Virus record (IMG/VR): IMGVR_UViG_3300018411_000016
DNA from: an uncultured virus (IMG/VR IMGVR_UViG_3300018411_000016)
Taxonomy: Duplodnaviria; Heunggongvirae; Uroviricota; Caudoviricetes
DNA length: 63,397 nucleotides
Reading direction: 5' to 3' (one strand)
Below are positions 29,652-41,049 of this stretch, piece after piece. The position numbers and the translations under genes were made by a program. Numbering within the stretch: position 1 is the first letter of the stretch; each line of letters begins with the position of its first letter. Below the pieces are notes generated by a model, which ran no database searches, was not told the origin of the DNA, and saw nothing but the letters and a program-made list of their open reading frames with translations.

Positions 29652-30105
29652 CTTTGACATTTGCTGTTATTCGCTAAATAACAACCTTGTTTATAGTAAT
29701 TCTTTTAATTTACCAATAACAGGCTCACATCTTTCATATGAGAATAGACCATATCTTCACCTTCACCAGTATGTGTTAAGGGTACACTTTTTCCATTTAA
29801 GGGATTTTCACCCACTCTAAGCGATTGAGCCGTACTCCTATTGACGAGTTTACGTCTTGTCGGATGGTCGTTGAACATTACTTTATTCAAGTCTTTGCTG
29901 CTGATTTCCCATTGTAATAATACTTAGGACTATATTTTCATATAGCTTTTATTTCACCATATATCATCTATGTTATTTTTTCTGCTTTCGCAACATTCAC
30001 ACATAAGTTTATTTCATCTTTATGTTGTAGTTAACATAGCTTTAGTAGATTCCAGCAATTTAATGTATTTCATGCACACATTTCTGTATACACAGGCAAA
30101 AATTT
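29652..30105 (-). ncRNA. Group I intron 1 of the tape measure gene (454 nt)
   Basis: P1 GGGU/GCCU; AAATTGCTGGAA, AATCAGCAG, TCAACGACCA, GATATGGTC; ends in G; join gives ETVG|ESLKT. Confidence 0.9.
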
Positions 30106-31932
30106 ACCCACTGTTTCTGAAGATTTCCTTGTTACTGACTCAATTGTACCAATATAGCCAATCAATGTATCCATATCAACACCAGCCATTTGTGCTGATT
30201 TAGCCGTTCTTGACATGGCTATACTTAACTCAGACATTGACGATGCACTACTATTGTCTACTGCAACAAGCTTATCTATAACGGATATTGAATCTTTTGC
30301 AGCTACATTATAACCATTTACGGCAGACGTTAAGTAATCTGTCATAGATGAAGTTTCTGTTCCTGATAGCTTTGCTCCCATTACGGCAGCGTTAATTAAG
30401 GTTTGTGTTTCCGCTATACTCCTACCCTGTCTTGTAAATTCAACAGCAGAGTCCATAATCTGTTTAGTAGTTGCACCTATCGTCTTACCTAATTCGTTAT
30501 ACTCATCACGTAACTTCTCTACACTGTCAGCACTCATACCGTTTACAAGACGTATATCTGTCATAGATGCGTTAAGTTCATTTACAGTAGATACCATTTC
30601 TTTCATAACACGCCTAATTGCCATTAATGGAGTGCCTATCATTAATAACTGTGCCAGACCTTTAAATGCTGTAGACAATGTACTCATTGCTCTACTTTGT
30701 GCTACAAGTTTATTCACTTCACTTGTTGCTAATTTGGCAGCATTACGGAAACCAACTGTACCAGCTTCTACTTCTTTTAATCTTGCCACCATCTGCTGAA
30801 CATTTTGTAGTTCGCCACTATTAATAAGTTTATTGCCTTGTAACAAGGATAGCTTTTGTTCTAAACTATCAATAGCAACTTTCTTGTCAACTAATGCTTT
30901 AGATGCTTGTTCTTCTGCCTTAGTTTGAGCGTTAGCAGACGTAGACGCACTTTGTAACCCCTTGGTATAATTGTTAAGGTCATTATTTAAAACAGCTAAT
31001 CCAGCCCTATACTCGGCTGTAAGTGGGTTCATTTGTTGTAATGCGGTTATCTGTGATTGTAGTCCAGAAGTTGTATCCGCATTACTAAAACCACCATACT
31101 TACTATTCGCATCAGAAAGTGCAGTCTGTATTTTTTGTATAGCAATTTGCTGATTAGTTAGTGCGACTAATTGTTTGTTATTATTGGCTGTAGTCTGTTT
31201 GTCAAGGTCGTTAGTTGCTCTTGTTAACTGATTTACATATTCCAATCTTTGTTTCTCTGGAATATTTGTAAAATCCGTTTTATATGTACCGTCTTTGCCA
31301 TACATAATGCTTTGCATTCGAGTAACATATTCTTCAATTTTAAGACTACCATTCTTATAAGCTGTTACTGTATCATCAAGTGCTTTTTGTAAGCCAGACA
31401 TTTGTGATGTATTTGTTGTTGTATTTCCAACAGACGCAATTTTTACTTTTACTTCTTCAACCTTTGAACTTATCCTATCTAAAGCATATTCCCATGTGCC
31501 AGTATCTTTATTTAAAGAACCTAATACATTGTAATTAGAAAGTTCCTTCAGGTTACCTTTTAAACTCTCAACCTTAACATTAAATCCAGATATATTACCG
31601 CTATCATCAAATATCTTATTTACACTTTTAACATTACCAATCTGCTTTAATTCCGAAAATATGCTTTCAAGATTTTTTGATAATCCTTGTATCTGTTTAA
31701 TGGTATTATCTAAGGATTGAAATTCTAACTTTTGACTTGAAACTTTTTTAGCTTTAGATTGAATATCACCGAAAACACTTTCTATAGATGCTTTGAAATC
31801 ATCAATATTAAGAGATATTTTTACATTTTTTAATTTTTCTTGAATTGTTGTTATCTGATTGTTGATATTAGATATACTTTTTGCCTCGTCTAGCATAGCA
31901 GATAACAGTATATTTAATTCGTCTTCTCCCAC
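30106..31932 (-). CDS. Tape measure protein, exon 1 (TP901-type core)
   Basis: Coiled coil, then EFTRQG...DKLVAVDN...IGTI..VTRKS. Confidence 0.9.
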
Positions 31933-31950
31933 TTAATCACCACCTTTATA

Positions 31951-32439
31951 TCATGTAGTTATTCCATTCTTTTTTAATTCTTCTTTGAAAATTCTCAGAT
32001 ATTCACCACGTAGCCACTCTACAGTTTCTTTAATAAATCCGTAAGCAGGATGTTGATAATACTTATTATTTGGTGTACCATTTTCTAGCCAACCAATCAA
32101 ATTATCACTCGAAACACTATTAGACATTGCCCATTCACCACTAAAACTTGCGTGTGCGTTCCATGAATGTTCATTTATGATAGGAAGAATTTTTAGTGGG
32201 TCAAAGTAAATTTCTACAGTATACTTGCCACCACTTAAAATAGGTTTAGTTCTACTAATAGAATTTAAAACCTGATTTGTTCTTTGATATTCTAACGGAG
32301 GTTTACTATAAACAGTTTTCTCTACATTTTCTTTTAATTTATTCATAACAATTATAGATACAGAAGTTAATGATTTTTCTATCTTCTTATTAATATAATT
32401 TGTGGCTTGTGAAAAGTTTTTAAATCTATACTTCGCCAT
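31951..32439 (-). CDS. HK97 gp10-like tail-associated protein
   Basis: YQRT...WLENGT...PAYGF pattern; start position uncertain. Confidence 0.5.
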   Translation of the reverse strand: MAKYRFKNFSQATNYINKKIEKSLTSVSIIVMNKLKENVEKTVYSKPPLEYQRTNQVLNSISRTKPILSGGKYTVEIYFDPLKILPIINEHSWNAHASFSGEWAMSNSVSSDNLIGWLENGTPNNKYYQHPAYGFIKETVEWLRGEYLRIFKEELKKNGITT

Positions 32440-32971
32440 TTGCATCACTGTCCGTCTGCTCATCTTCAAAAGAAACACCATTCGTTTTATCTTCTTTTTC
32501 TAGTTCTTCTAATGCTTGGTCAACTTGAACCTGATACATATATGTAAACATTTCAGAAAAATCTTTGCTAAAGTTAGTAATCTTCGCTGTTTCATCTTTA
32601 TCAACGCTCTTCATAATATCCTCAAAAATTTCTAAGTCTATTAATGCCTTAATTGTATTGACTTCATTTTCATATCTTTTTCCAAGTTCCTCATACTCTA
32701 CAAACTTTATATTTGTAAAATATCTTAAAATCATTGCCCATAAACAAATAGTTACATCAAATTCAACATCATTTCTTTTACAATATTCTGCTCGCTGTAC
32801 CATATCTGTAACTAGCTTAACTATCTTAGTTTTCTTAAATTTTTCATCCATCAAGATTTTATAAGTCTTATTATTAACTGCGGTCACAGTTACTTCTTTT
32901 TGGGCAAATCCTAAACCAACATCACTAATAAAGTCATTTGCTTTAACATTATCTTTTATCATGTAATCCAC
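32426..32971 (-). CDS. Putative tail assembly chaperone
   Basis: Acidic protein between tail tube and tape measure genes. Confidence 0.5.
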   Translation of the reverse strand: MDYMIKDNVKANDFISDVGLGFAQKEVTVTAVNNKTYKILMDEKFKKTKIVKLVTDMVQRAEYCKRNDVEFDVTICLWAMILRYFTNIKFVEYEELGKRYENEVNTIKALIDLEIFEDIMKSVDKDETAKITNFSKDFSEMFTYMYQVQVDQALEELEKEDKTNGVSFEDEQTDSDANGEV

Positions 32972-33104
32972 CTTTTCTAATTATAATACTGTTGCAAATG
33001 CAACACTTTTTAATATCACAACTACTGCAAAATACAGTGTTTCAAACCATCAAATTTCCAGTAAAACAAAAATTTTACTAGCTTAAAAAATATAGCAGGG
33101 TTGG

Positions 33105-33248
33105 TTACCCTACTACGTTTTCCTTTACATCGTCGTATGTAACCTCAGTCCATACAATCTTGTTCAAGTATTTCTTTTCTCCATTTACTACAACTACATT
33201 TGAACCTATTTCATATTCAAATTTATTTAATGCTACTTTATCTGCCAT
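33105..33248 (-). CDS. Hypothetical small protein (47 aa)
   Basis: Not in ORF track. GAGGA RBS, MADKVALNKFEYEIG... Confidence 0.5.
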   Translation of the reverse strand: MADKVALNKFEYEIGSNVVVVNGEKKYLNKIVWTEVTYDDVKENVVG

Positions 33249-33374
33249 TATAAAATCATCCTCTCGTTTGTTTGATTGTTTTTACTACTTTTAGAAATGC
33301 CTTACATACTTAATACATAAGACACTTCTAAAAACAGGAGAACGCAATATACGTTCTCACTATTTTAATTTGTT

Positions 33375-34139
33375 TTATGCTTCTTCAATAAATGCTAACT
33401 TATATGGATAACCGTCTGCACCAACAAGTAAATCAATGTTTACAGTAACCGCATCAGGAGCAGCAGAATCATTTTTACCTTGTAAAGTAAATGATGGCTG
33501 TACTGTTGCATTAGGACAATCAATCCATGCTGTATAAAGATTACCTGTTTCAATTTCCTTACAAACAAGAAGCCCTTTAACCTCATAATTCTTAGGTGTA
33601 TTATCTTTTGCTTCAATTGTTTCAACTGTAACGTCTGAATCATAAAATACTTTGATTTTAGTTACAGAAGAATGGCAAGTAATAGCCGTTGATGCTATAG
33701 AATAATCTGTTGCATTTGTAGCTGGAGTACCAACAACTAATGCTGGCTTAACTATTTTACCATCAGCATCAACTTTAAAAATAGTTGGTGTAATACCTAT
33801 GGATGGAGTATTAGTAAGCGTAAATACACCACCAGAAAGTGTAAGTGTTTCTACGAACTGTTCAGGTGTTGTTTTGGTTACAACACTATTGTTTGACATA
33901 ATCTTCATTAAGTCAGTTGTCATAGTTGCAGTTGTACCTTCAAGCTTACAATCCCTATCACCATAAATTGTTAAGAGTTTAGGATTACCATAACCACCTC
34001 TAAGGAAATCTTGTGCTGTTTCATCGGTTAAACTAATGTTTACCATATGTTCCAAGTTACATAATACTTCCTTTGAAGTTTTATCTCTAAATACAAAGTT
34101 TTTAATACCAATAAACGCAAATGACGCTATGTTTGACAT
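33375..34139 (-). CDS. Major tail tube protein (YomU-like)
   Basis: LRGGYGNPKL motif, beta-rich, strong RBS, downstream terminator. Confidence 0.75.
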   Translation of the reverse strand: MSNIASFAFIGIKNFVFRDKTSKEVLCNLEHMVNISLTDETAQDFLRGGYGNPKLLTIYGDRDCKLEGTTATMTTDLMKIMSNNSVVTKTTPEQFVETLTLSGGVFTLTNTPSIGITPTIFKVDADGKIVKPALVVGTPATNATDYSIASTAITCHSSVTKIKVFYDSDVTVETIEAKDNTPKNYEVKGLLVCKEIETGNLYTAWIDCPNATVQPSFTLQGKNDSAAPDAVTVNIDLLVGADGYPYKLAFIEEA

Positions 34140-34174
34140 TTATACATCACTCCTTTTCTTTTGCTTGCTTTTGT

Positions 34175-34870
34175 TTAATTTGTTTTACTACTTGTTTTTT
34201 CGTTTGCCCAATACATATCTTCAATATTTACATCTTTAGAACTTACTGTTCCTGCATATACTGCTGTGATTGTACGGTTTTCTCTATCTATTTGGTTTAT
34301 GTAGTGGTAACTTTCCATTAGTTGATACATGGTGTAACCCCATATATTGAGCAAATTTATAGAAGGGTGTTTACAACTTACTGCTTTGATAATACTCATC
34401 AGCGTTATAAAATTACCCTTTTTTTCTTTAATTTTATTTTCTTCTTCTTCAAACTCTTTTAAAAGTTCTCGCATAGAGTCGCTTATATCTTCTCTATCAG
34501 ACTCTTTTTTCATTTCTTCCATACAATAGATTCGTTTAAAAATATCAAGTATGAATTGTACGTTATCCTCCAACAAAATAACTTGAGGGTTATCAGTAAC
34601 ATAAAACACTTTACCGCTTAAATAATAATCCCATTTTTTATTAGTAAATAAATCAAGAAAGTTTAAAAATTGTTTTCGTTTTTCTTCGTTATTGAAGATT
34701 TCTTTAGGTTTTTCTGTACATATACTCACTGTACTTAAATAAACACCCAAACCTATTTCTTTACTAAATAATTCTTTTAATTTATAATTCTTTAATGTTA
34801 CTCCACTAAATTCAATATCTAGTCCAGCAACTAATAAAGACTCAATAACTAAACTATTAATGTCAACCAC
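34175..34870 (-). CDS. Virion morphogenesis protein (YomV-like)
   Basis: NIWGYTMYQL...YAG motif; synteny. Confidence 0.55.
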   Translation of the reverse strand: MVDINSLVIESLLVAGLDIEFSGVTLKNYKLKELFSKEIGLGVYLSTVSICTEKPKEIFNNEEKRKQFLNFLDLFTNKKWDYYLSGKVFYVTDNPQVILLEDNVQFILDIFKRIYCMEEMKKESDREDISDSMRELLKEFEEEENKIKEKKGNFITLMSIIKAVSCKHPSINLLNIWGYTMYQLMESYHYINQIDRENRTITAVYAGTVSSKDVNIEDMYWANEKTSSKTN

Positions 34871-34874
34871 GTTA

Positions 34875-35384
34875 TCACAATCCTTGTTTATCGTAAAAGA
34901 TTATAGAAATATGAGTACAAAGATAATCGCTGCCTTTTATGCTTATAGGTTCACTATAATCTACCTTACTATTACCAGTACATCCTACTTCACCATAATC
35001 AAACATATCAGCAATACATTGTTCTATTGCATCCATTCTACTTCCATGTTGTGTCAGATAATCAATAGCTCTTTCACACACTATATATAAATTAAATGTG
35101 TTCCCATTAAAATAATGGTTGTTTTGAGCATGATATTGTTTCAATCCGTAATTCATTGATATGTAGCAACGCTTATCTGTTTCTGTATTTGCTTCAACTT
35201 TTTCATACTTATAAATATAATTATCAACTACATCCCTAATCTGAGATGCTGTTAAGCTTGGTAACAATGTAATATCAGTATCTAAATCATCCACATAATA
35301 TAAAAATTTCAACAAAGTCATATTACTTTTTAATTTATTTACAATTTCATTTCTAACCTTATTTTTATAGCCATATGCAGCCAT
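34875..35384 (-). CDS. Putative tail completion protein
   Basis: LLKFLYY...RMDAI; synteny. Confidence 0.5.
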   Translation of the reverse strand: MAAYGYKNKVRNEIVNKLKSNMTLLKFLYYVDDLDTDITLLPSLTASQIRDVVDNYIYKYEKVEANTETDKRCYISMNYGLKQYHAQNNHYFNGNTFNLYIVCERAIDYLTQHGSRMDAIEQCIADMFDYGEVGCTGNSKVDYSEPISIKGSDYLCTHISIIFYDKQGL

Positions 35385-35394
35385 ATGTTATCAC

Positions 35395-36885
35395 CTATTC
35401 TAAAGTTATTTCTTTTTGTATCTTTTGAATTGAGTTGTCGGCATTGACAATATTAGCAGTAAGAATAAACTTATCACCCATATTATATTTAGCCGTAATT
35501 AACAACTTACAAGAGTTATCATTAAATTCAATTATTGAAATCTTGTCATTATTGACTTCCCAATACGTTCCAGTTTTGCTTACTGGTTCAGATAATTCAT
35601 ACAACCAGTCATATCCTTTGAAGATTTTACTTTCACCAATAATATGAATATCACTTATGTTTGAATTATTAATCTGTGCCATCTGTGATACATAGTCAGC
35701 TACTCCATTTAAGTCTTGAGAAAGATTTATTTCATCAATTACTAAGCCCAAACGAATCAGTCCTTCATCAAGGTCACTAACACCTGTAATTTTATATACA
35801 GAGCCTTTTATCATTACTCGATTAATTTTTCTTTCAACAAACTTTCTTGTCAATTCATTGTTCTGGAAAATAATCATCAACGAAGAGTTTAAAAATTCTA
35901 TGTAATCATTGTTGGTTGTCTTATCAATCCTTGTACGATTATCTTCAAAATAGTAAGGAATTCCTATAATATTTCCACTGGTGTCAAGCATTTTAAAACT
36001 ATTTAGACATCTATAAACCAAAGATATATCATAACCATCATATTTAGTCGGAAGATTATAAACCATATAAGTTTCTTCTTCCATAGTTCCTAAATCGTCC
36101 ATATCAAAGGTATACTTTATATAATCACCTGTTTTAACAACACCATAATTACATAATAACTCTCTTGATATAGAATTTAATTTCTTATCTTTAACTCTGG
36201 CATATTTTAATAAACCCTTCATTTCTACAGAAGTATGATTAACAACATTAACCTTTTCAATAGAAGATATTGGTGATAAAAACACTACAATTTGCAATAT
36301 TCCATACTCTTTGTTGTATTTTTTTAAAACATCATCATCAATCTTAGCTATTTTATAATTAATATCATTGACCTTAACATTATCAAACAATTCTAAAGTA
36401 TCTGATACAGTATCATAAGTAACAATAATAGCTTTCATTTCATTATCTTCAAAAACATTCTCTTGTCCCACATAAGAACTTTCTTTATATAACATTCCAG
36501 AAGCTAAAATTCCATCTATAGAAAATTCAGTTGCGTTTTTTGTAAAGGTAATTTTGTCATATAGTGGTCTTATTCTATAACCAGAATAAACTTTGTTTCC
36601 TATCGGCTCTGTAACAGCTATGTATTTTTGGCTCTCATCTGTAACAAATACAACATTTCCTATATGAAAAATATCACCATTGCTATTTAAGAATTTTGCT
36701 TTTTTATCAAGCAATCCTTCATTTAAAGGGTTAGTATGACGTTGAATTATCATTTTGATATTTTCATTTTCATCAACCGTTGTTAGGTGACCTTCTTGAC
36801 CATTCTGGAATTGTGTATTAAACAATCTTTCACCGTTTGTAATATATCTGCTTTGATGGTCTAAGGCTTTTCCATAAAAATTCAT
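35395..36885 (-). CDS. Neck / head closure protein
   Basis: Position between adaptor and tail genes. Confidence 0.45.
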   Translation of the reverse strand: MNFYGKALDHQSRYITNGERLFNTQFQNGQEGHLTTVDENENIKMIIQRHTNPLNEGLLDKKAKFLNSNGDIFHIGNVVFVTDESQKYIAVTEPIGNKVYSGYRIRPLYDKITFTKNATEFSIDGILASGMLYKESSYVGQENVFEDNEMKAIIVTYDTVSDTLELFDNVKVNDINYKIAKIDDDVLKKYNKEYGILQIVVFLSPISSIEKVNVVNHTSVEMKGLLKYARVKDKKLNSISRELLCNYGVVKTGDYIKYTFDMDDLGTMEEETYMVYNLPTKYDGYDISLVYRCLNSFKMLDTSGNIIGIPYYFEDNRTRIDKTTNNDYIEFLNSSLMIIFQNNELTRKFVERKINRVMIKGSVYKITGVSDLDEGLIRLGLVIDEINLSQDLNGVADYVSQMAQINNSNISDIHIIGESKIFKGYDWLYELSEPVSKTGTYWEVNNDKISIIEFNDNSCKLLITAKYNMGDKFILTANIVNADNSIQKIQKEITLE

Positions 36886-37292
36886 TATTCTTCACCCTCA
36901 TAATCATCATATATTCGGTCTGCCATTCTGTTTAATAAGGATTCTTGTGTTTGTATTCTTGTTTCTCTACCGTTCAATTGGTCTTTGTAATTCTTTCTAC
37001 CAATATCATTCTGAAATACTTCCCACACAGAAATATAATCGTCTAACATACCTTTGTAAATTCTAAGCTTCATACACTCAGACACATATCTAATCTCTGA
37101 ATTAGTCAATTCTTCGCTTACTGTTTCGGTTATATCATCACAAGTCAATGCTCTTTCCAATCGAATATTAAACTCATCTATACCATCTTTAATTAATAAA
37201 ACTTGTTCCTCAACGGTTGATGGTAAGTCGAGTGCATCAGCCCTAATATTTCTTGAAAAGTATTCATATATATTGTCATAAGTTGTGTTCAA
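36885..37292 (-). CDS. Head-tail adaptor protein (YomZ-like)
   Basis: TTYDNIYEYF...FQNDIGRKN; synteny. Confidence 0.55.
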   Translation of the reverse strand: MNTTYDNIYEYFSRNIRADALDLPSTVEEQVLLIKDGIDEFNIRLERALTCDDITETVSEELTNSEIRYVSECMKLRIYKGMLDDYISVWEVFQNDIGRKNYKDQLNGRETRIQTQESLLNRMADRIYDDYEGEE

Positions 37293-37331
37293 ACCACCAC
37301 CACCATTTCATTGAACATTTGAAGTATCATT

Positions 37332-37802
37332 TTAAGCCTCATTTATAGGGAAAAGAAATTCTCTAGTTTCGGTATGTCCTAAAAGTTCAGCTAAGTATGT
37401 TTTAATACTATCGCTGTCAAGCTTAATATCATTAGCTACACGAACTATCTCTAAAAGAACGTCTTTTGGTGTATCTGATGCTACTTTCTTTTTAAAAGCA
37501 GGAAGTTTCAATGCAAGAATTTTCTTGATTTCTTCTACGCTTAAAATTTCAACATCTTCTACAACCTCAGCAACTTCTTGTTTAATTTCTTCATTGGTTT
37601 CATTTTCTGACAATACCAAATAACCCTGTTGTAATGTACAAGTGTTGTATCTGATGTATTCAAAAACTTCGTCATCAACTTCCAATTCACAATATCTATT
37701 TCCATGCACGCCAGTCCAAACATAAGGCTTAACTGTACCATTTGCTAATGGAAAATTAACACCAAACTCTGATGTCTTTACATTTTTTAATTTTACGCCC
37801 AT
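37332..37802 (-). CDS. Head-associated protein (YonA-like)
   Basis: Follows the major capsid gene. Confidence 0.5.
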   Translation of the reverse strand: MGVKLKNVKTSEFGVNFPLANGTVKPYVWTGVHGNRYCELEVDDEVFEYIRYNTCTLQQGYLVLSENETNEEIKQEVAEVVEDVEILSVEEIKKILALKLPAFKKKVASDTPKDVLLEIVRVANDIKLDSDSIKTYLAELLGHTETREFLFPINEA

Positions 37803-37880
37803 TCAAACTACTCCTTTTAATTAATAGAAAAATAGCGGTGCAACATTAAATTACACCGCTAAATTGTTTAATTTATTTTA

Positions 37881-38918
37881 TTACATTACAATTGCAGTAT
37901 CAGTGATTACACCAATGTTCTGAGCATATAAGAAATCTACACCCAAACGCTGTCTAACAATCATTTTAATTCTACCGTACTCAACATCTTCTTCTGTTTT
38001 CTGTGTTAAGCCACCAGCAAGAGCAACCGAGAATGGTTTCTTACCACTTGCACTACCAAACATATAGCCAGTTGTAATAGGGAACTGTGTATCATAGCCA
38101 GTTTCAGTAGTAAATTCATTTAACAATGGAACTGCATCTGCACTACCAAGATTTGTAAGTTCATAATCATACAAGTCTGTTTTAAGTGCATCTGGCATAT
38201 TTGTAGTAACTACGGTAGCTTTCTTGCCAGCAAAACTTGTAATAAGTTCTCTATCTGCAACAAAGAGAGGTCTTGAACCTGTTCTTCTACCTACAATACT
38301 AGCAACCTTATCAAACTCTGGCATAGTAACACCAGCTTTAGCAACACACTGTTTTGTAGGAATTACTGTACCTGCTGCAACACCTGCTGCGATAAGACTC
38401 ATAATTGTATCATAAACTAATTTTACTCTTGATGCTGCAACATCTCTAACTAATGCTCTAAAATCATCAACCTGTGACTGTGTGTTAGAAAGTGGGTTAT
38501 AAGACATACCTGTCTGTACAGTACCAATTTCAATATACTGCTCTTTACCTGTTTCTACTCTCTTCAAAGATACAGCAGAGCCAGCAGCAGCCCACTTAAA
38601 TTTAATATGTTTTGGTACAGCTTTTGTATATTTAACCATATCAGTATTGTAATTTACGTTCTGTACTTCTGCAAAATAATTAATTAACTGTTGAATATCT
38701 GCTTCTGAAATTGCTGTTGCTGTCTTAACTACAATGTTATTAAACTTAGTTAATTCATGCTGTGATGCAGACTCGCCACTCTCTGGAAAGATAGCAGAAC
38801 ATAAAGCCTTAATTGCTTTTTCGTCCTCAAGCTGAAGTTCTTTTGTTTCATGTTTACTATTGTATATTCTTAACGCTAATTCCTGTGCTTTTAATTCATC
38901 TTTTATAATAGCCATCAT
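37881..38918 (-). CDS. Major capsid protein (YonB-like)
   Basis: 345 aa, KWAAAGS, C-terminal LGVDFL; strong RBS and terminator; synteny. Confidence 0.75.
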   Translation of the reverse strand: MMAIIKDELKAQELALRIYNSKHETKELQLEDEKAIKALCSAIFPESGESASQHELTKFNNIVVKTATAISEADIQQLINYFAEVQNVNYNTDMVKYTKAVPKHIKFKWAAAGSAVSLKRVETGKEQYIEIGTVQTGMSYNPLSNTQSQVDDFRALVRDVAASRVKLVYDTIMSLIAAGVAAGTVIPTKQCVAKAGVTMPEFDKVASIVGRRTGSRPLFVADRELITSFAGKKATVVTTNMPDALKTDLYDYELTNLGSADAVPLLNEFTTETGYDTQFPITTGYMFGSASGKKPFSVALAGGLTQKTEEDVEYGRIKMIVRQRLGVDFLYAQNIGVITDTAIVM

Positions 38919-38934
38919 ATCATCTCCTAACTAA

Positions 38935-39465
38935 TTATCGAATAACAACTAACTCAACAAGAGTTGTTTCGTCAATGCTATACTTTTCATCAGACTCAAT
39001 ACTTGCAATCTGGAATACTTTAATATCTGTTACTTCTGGTGTTGCTTTTACAACAAATTTCTTTGTAGTTGCATCCCAAATAGCAAAATCACCTACACTT
39101 GCGTCGGCAGGAGCAGTGAAGTTTGATGTTTCAAATGAAAAACCTACTTCTGGATAAGCAATTGTAGCTAACTCTCCCTCACCATTGTAAAAATCAGAAA
39201 GTTTCTCACCATATGACTCCAATACATCTTCTGGTGTCACTGTAATAAATACATTAGTAGCTGTTGCTGTTGCAGCAGTTGCATACTTAACTGTAGGAAC
39301 TCCACCCACATATGCCATTTCTACTAAACAGAAATTATCAACACCACCTGTTTCAGTTACCTTTGCACCGTTAATAAGAGTTCTAATAGGTGTGAAACCT
39401 GTCACCTGTCCTACTGTATGTGCTGTACGTGTACCGCTTATAAATGCTTTAATATTACTTGCCAT
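38935..39465 (-). CDS. Head decoration protein (YonC-like)
   Basis: NGAKV...VDNF...FYNGEGE; between scaffold and capsid genes. Confidence 0.6.
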   Translation of the reverse strand: MASNIKAFISGTRTAHTVGQVTGFTPIRTLINGAKVTETGGVDNFCLVEMAYVGGVPTVKYATAATATATNVFITVTPEDVLESYGEKLSDFYNGEGELATIAYPEVGFSFETSNFTAPADASVGDFAIWDATTKKFVVKATPEVTDIKVFQIASIESDEKYSIDETTLVELVVIR

Positions 39466-39495
39466 CTATATCCCCTCTTTCTCTATCCAATCAAA

Positions 39496-41049
39496 TTAAC
39501 CATTAATATCAAAACCATATTCATCTACATATGACTTTGATTTTCCTTTAGGAATTGCACTATTTAAAGACTTTGAATACTCAACTCCACTATTGCCATC
39601 TTTACTATTTTCTTTTACTGGAACTACTGTTTTAGCACATTCAAGAAGAATGTCTTTTAATTTGATTACAGAATTGAAAGACTTTTCATTATCAAGAGTA
39701 TCTTTAATTAATTCCTGAACTTCCTCTGTTTCAAACTTTTCAGCACTATTAAATGAATTAAATTCGGTAAAATATGTAGCTTTGGTTTCTTCCAATTTCT
39801 CATTGTATTTAATTTCATCTAATTCATTTTTGCATTTTTCCAAATCTTCTACTTTACTTGTAAGTTCTACGATTGTAGAGTTTAAAACAATTTCAGTATC
39901 CTTAGATGTAGTTAAATCATTTTTAAGTGTTTCGACAGTTTCATTTACCTCATTGAGTTTTAGCTCAATATCTTCTTTTTCTTTGGTAAGTGAATTAGTG
40001 GCAGTCTGAACTTCAGACACCTCAACATAAACATCTTGTCTTTCTACTTTCTTTCTGCTTGCATAATCAACAGTGATTTCATCATTTTCTGATTTCGTAT
40101 AATCAATCTTGTATCTCACCCATTCATATTCTAAATAAGTTTCGTAGATAATATAGGTGTCATAAATATCCCACATACCTATGTACATTGTGTTATATTC
40201 TTCAGCTATCATCACTTTAGATAAAGCTTCATATATCTTAGACCTAATTTGACCAAAAGAAATATCATTGAACGCTTTTAAAAATCTATTTTCCATGTGT
40301 TCATCACCCTTTCCGTTTATTTTTTTAATTTCTTCTTGCTTTGTACTACCATTTTTTATATCTTCCATGACAGCACTATTAAATTGCTGATAATGGTCGT
40401 TATTTAACATTAATTTGATATGAGAACAATCATAATTTCCATACACAATATCTTTATTACCACGCTGTTCGGAGTTCAATATAGTTAAAGCACTAAAATT
40501 AGGGTCAACTATCCATTCAACTCCATCGTTGTCAATCATATTTTGGGTATAATACCACTCAACAGAAGTGAGTATAGGAATGTTGTTTCCTGCCCATTCA
40601 AGTAGCAAACTACATTCGTTTAAATTATCCCAAGCTAGTAAAATACCCTCACACCACATAACATTCTTGGATAAAGAATTGTTTGGGTCTAAGGGTGCAA
40701 TCCACACATTTGTAATTGTTCCAATACTTCTTGTATTAGTTATAGGGATTTCTACATCACCATTACTGCCACGCAAATGTGTAGAAGATGGCTCATGGTC
40801 TCCTAATGCGTCTATTCCATCGTTTTCATCCTCACTATAATATCTAGTGACAATGTGCTTATGTAATAGGGTTTTCATATATTTTCTTGCAGTATCTTCC
40901 GACACAGCCCACTTATTATGAGATTGCTCGAAATCGAGAACAACTGCTTTAAACTTTAATACTGATTTATCCTCTTTGACTTCCTCAATACTGTTAATAT
41001 AGAAATTATGAGTTATCATTCTATTTAAAATTGCATTTTCTACACTCAA
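39496..41049 (-). CDS. Prohead protease/scaffold (YonD-like)
   Basis: DALGDH...IGTI...TSVE protease-like N-half, coiled-coil C-half; TTG start overlapping the upstream stop. Confidence 0.7.
   Translation of the reverse strand: MSVENAILNRMITHNFYINSIEEVKEDKSVLKFKAVVLDFEQSHNKWAVSEDTARKYMKTLLHKHIVTRYYSEDENDGIDALGDHEPSSTHLRGSNGDVEIPITNTRSIGTITNVWIAPLDPNNSLSKNVMWCEGILLAWDNLNECSLLLEWAGNNIPILTSVEWYYTQNMIDNDGVEWIVDPNFSALTILNSEQRGNKDIVYGNYDCSHIKLMLNNDHYQQFNSAVMEDIKNGSTKQEEIKKINGKGDEHMENRFLKAFNDISFGQIRSKIYEALSKVMIAEEYNTMYIGMWDIYDTYIIYETYLEYEWVRYKIDYTKSENDEITVDYASRKKVERQDVYVEVSEVQTATNSLTKEKEDIELKLNEVNETVETLKNDLTTSKDTEIVLNSTIVELTSKVEDLEKCKNELDEIKYNEKLEETKATYFTEFNSFNSAEKFETEEVQELIKDTLDNEKSFNSVIKLKDILLECAKTVVPVKENSKDGNSGVEYSKSLNSAIPKGKSKSYVDEYGFDING

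Noticed and set aside
29276..30203. Short track ORFs at 29276, 29629, 29705 and 29970
   Set aside because: They fall on intron cores or exon antisense strands.
19977..31932. Tape measure fragments as a pseudogene or four separate genes
   Set aside because: Each break has a group I core and an in-frame U|...G| join.
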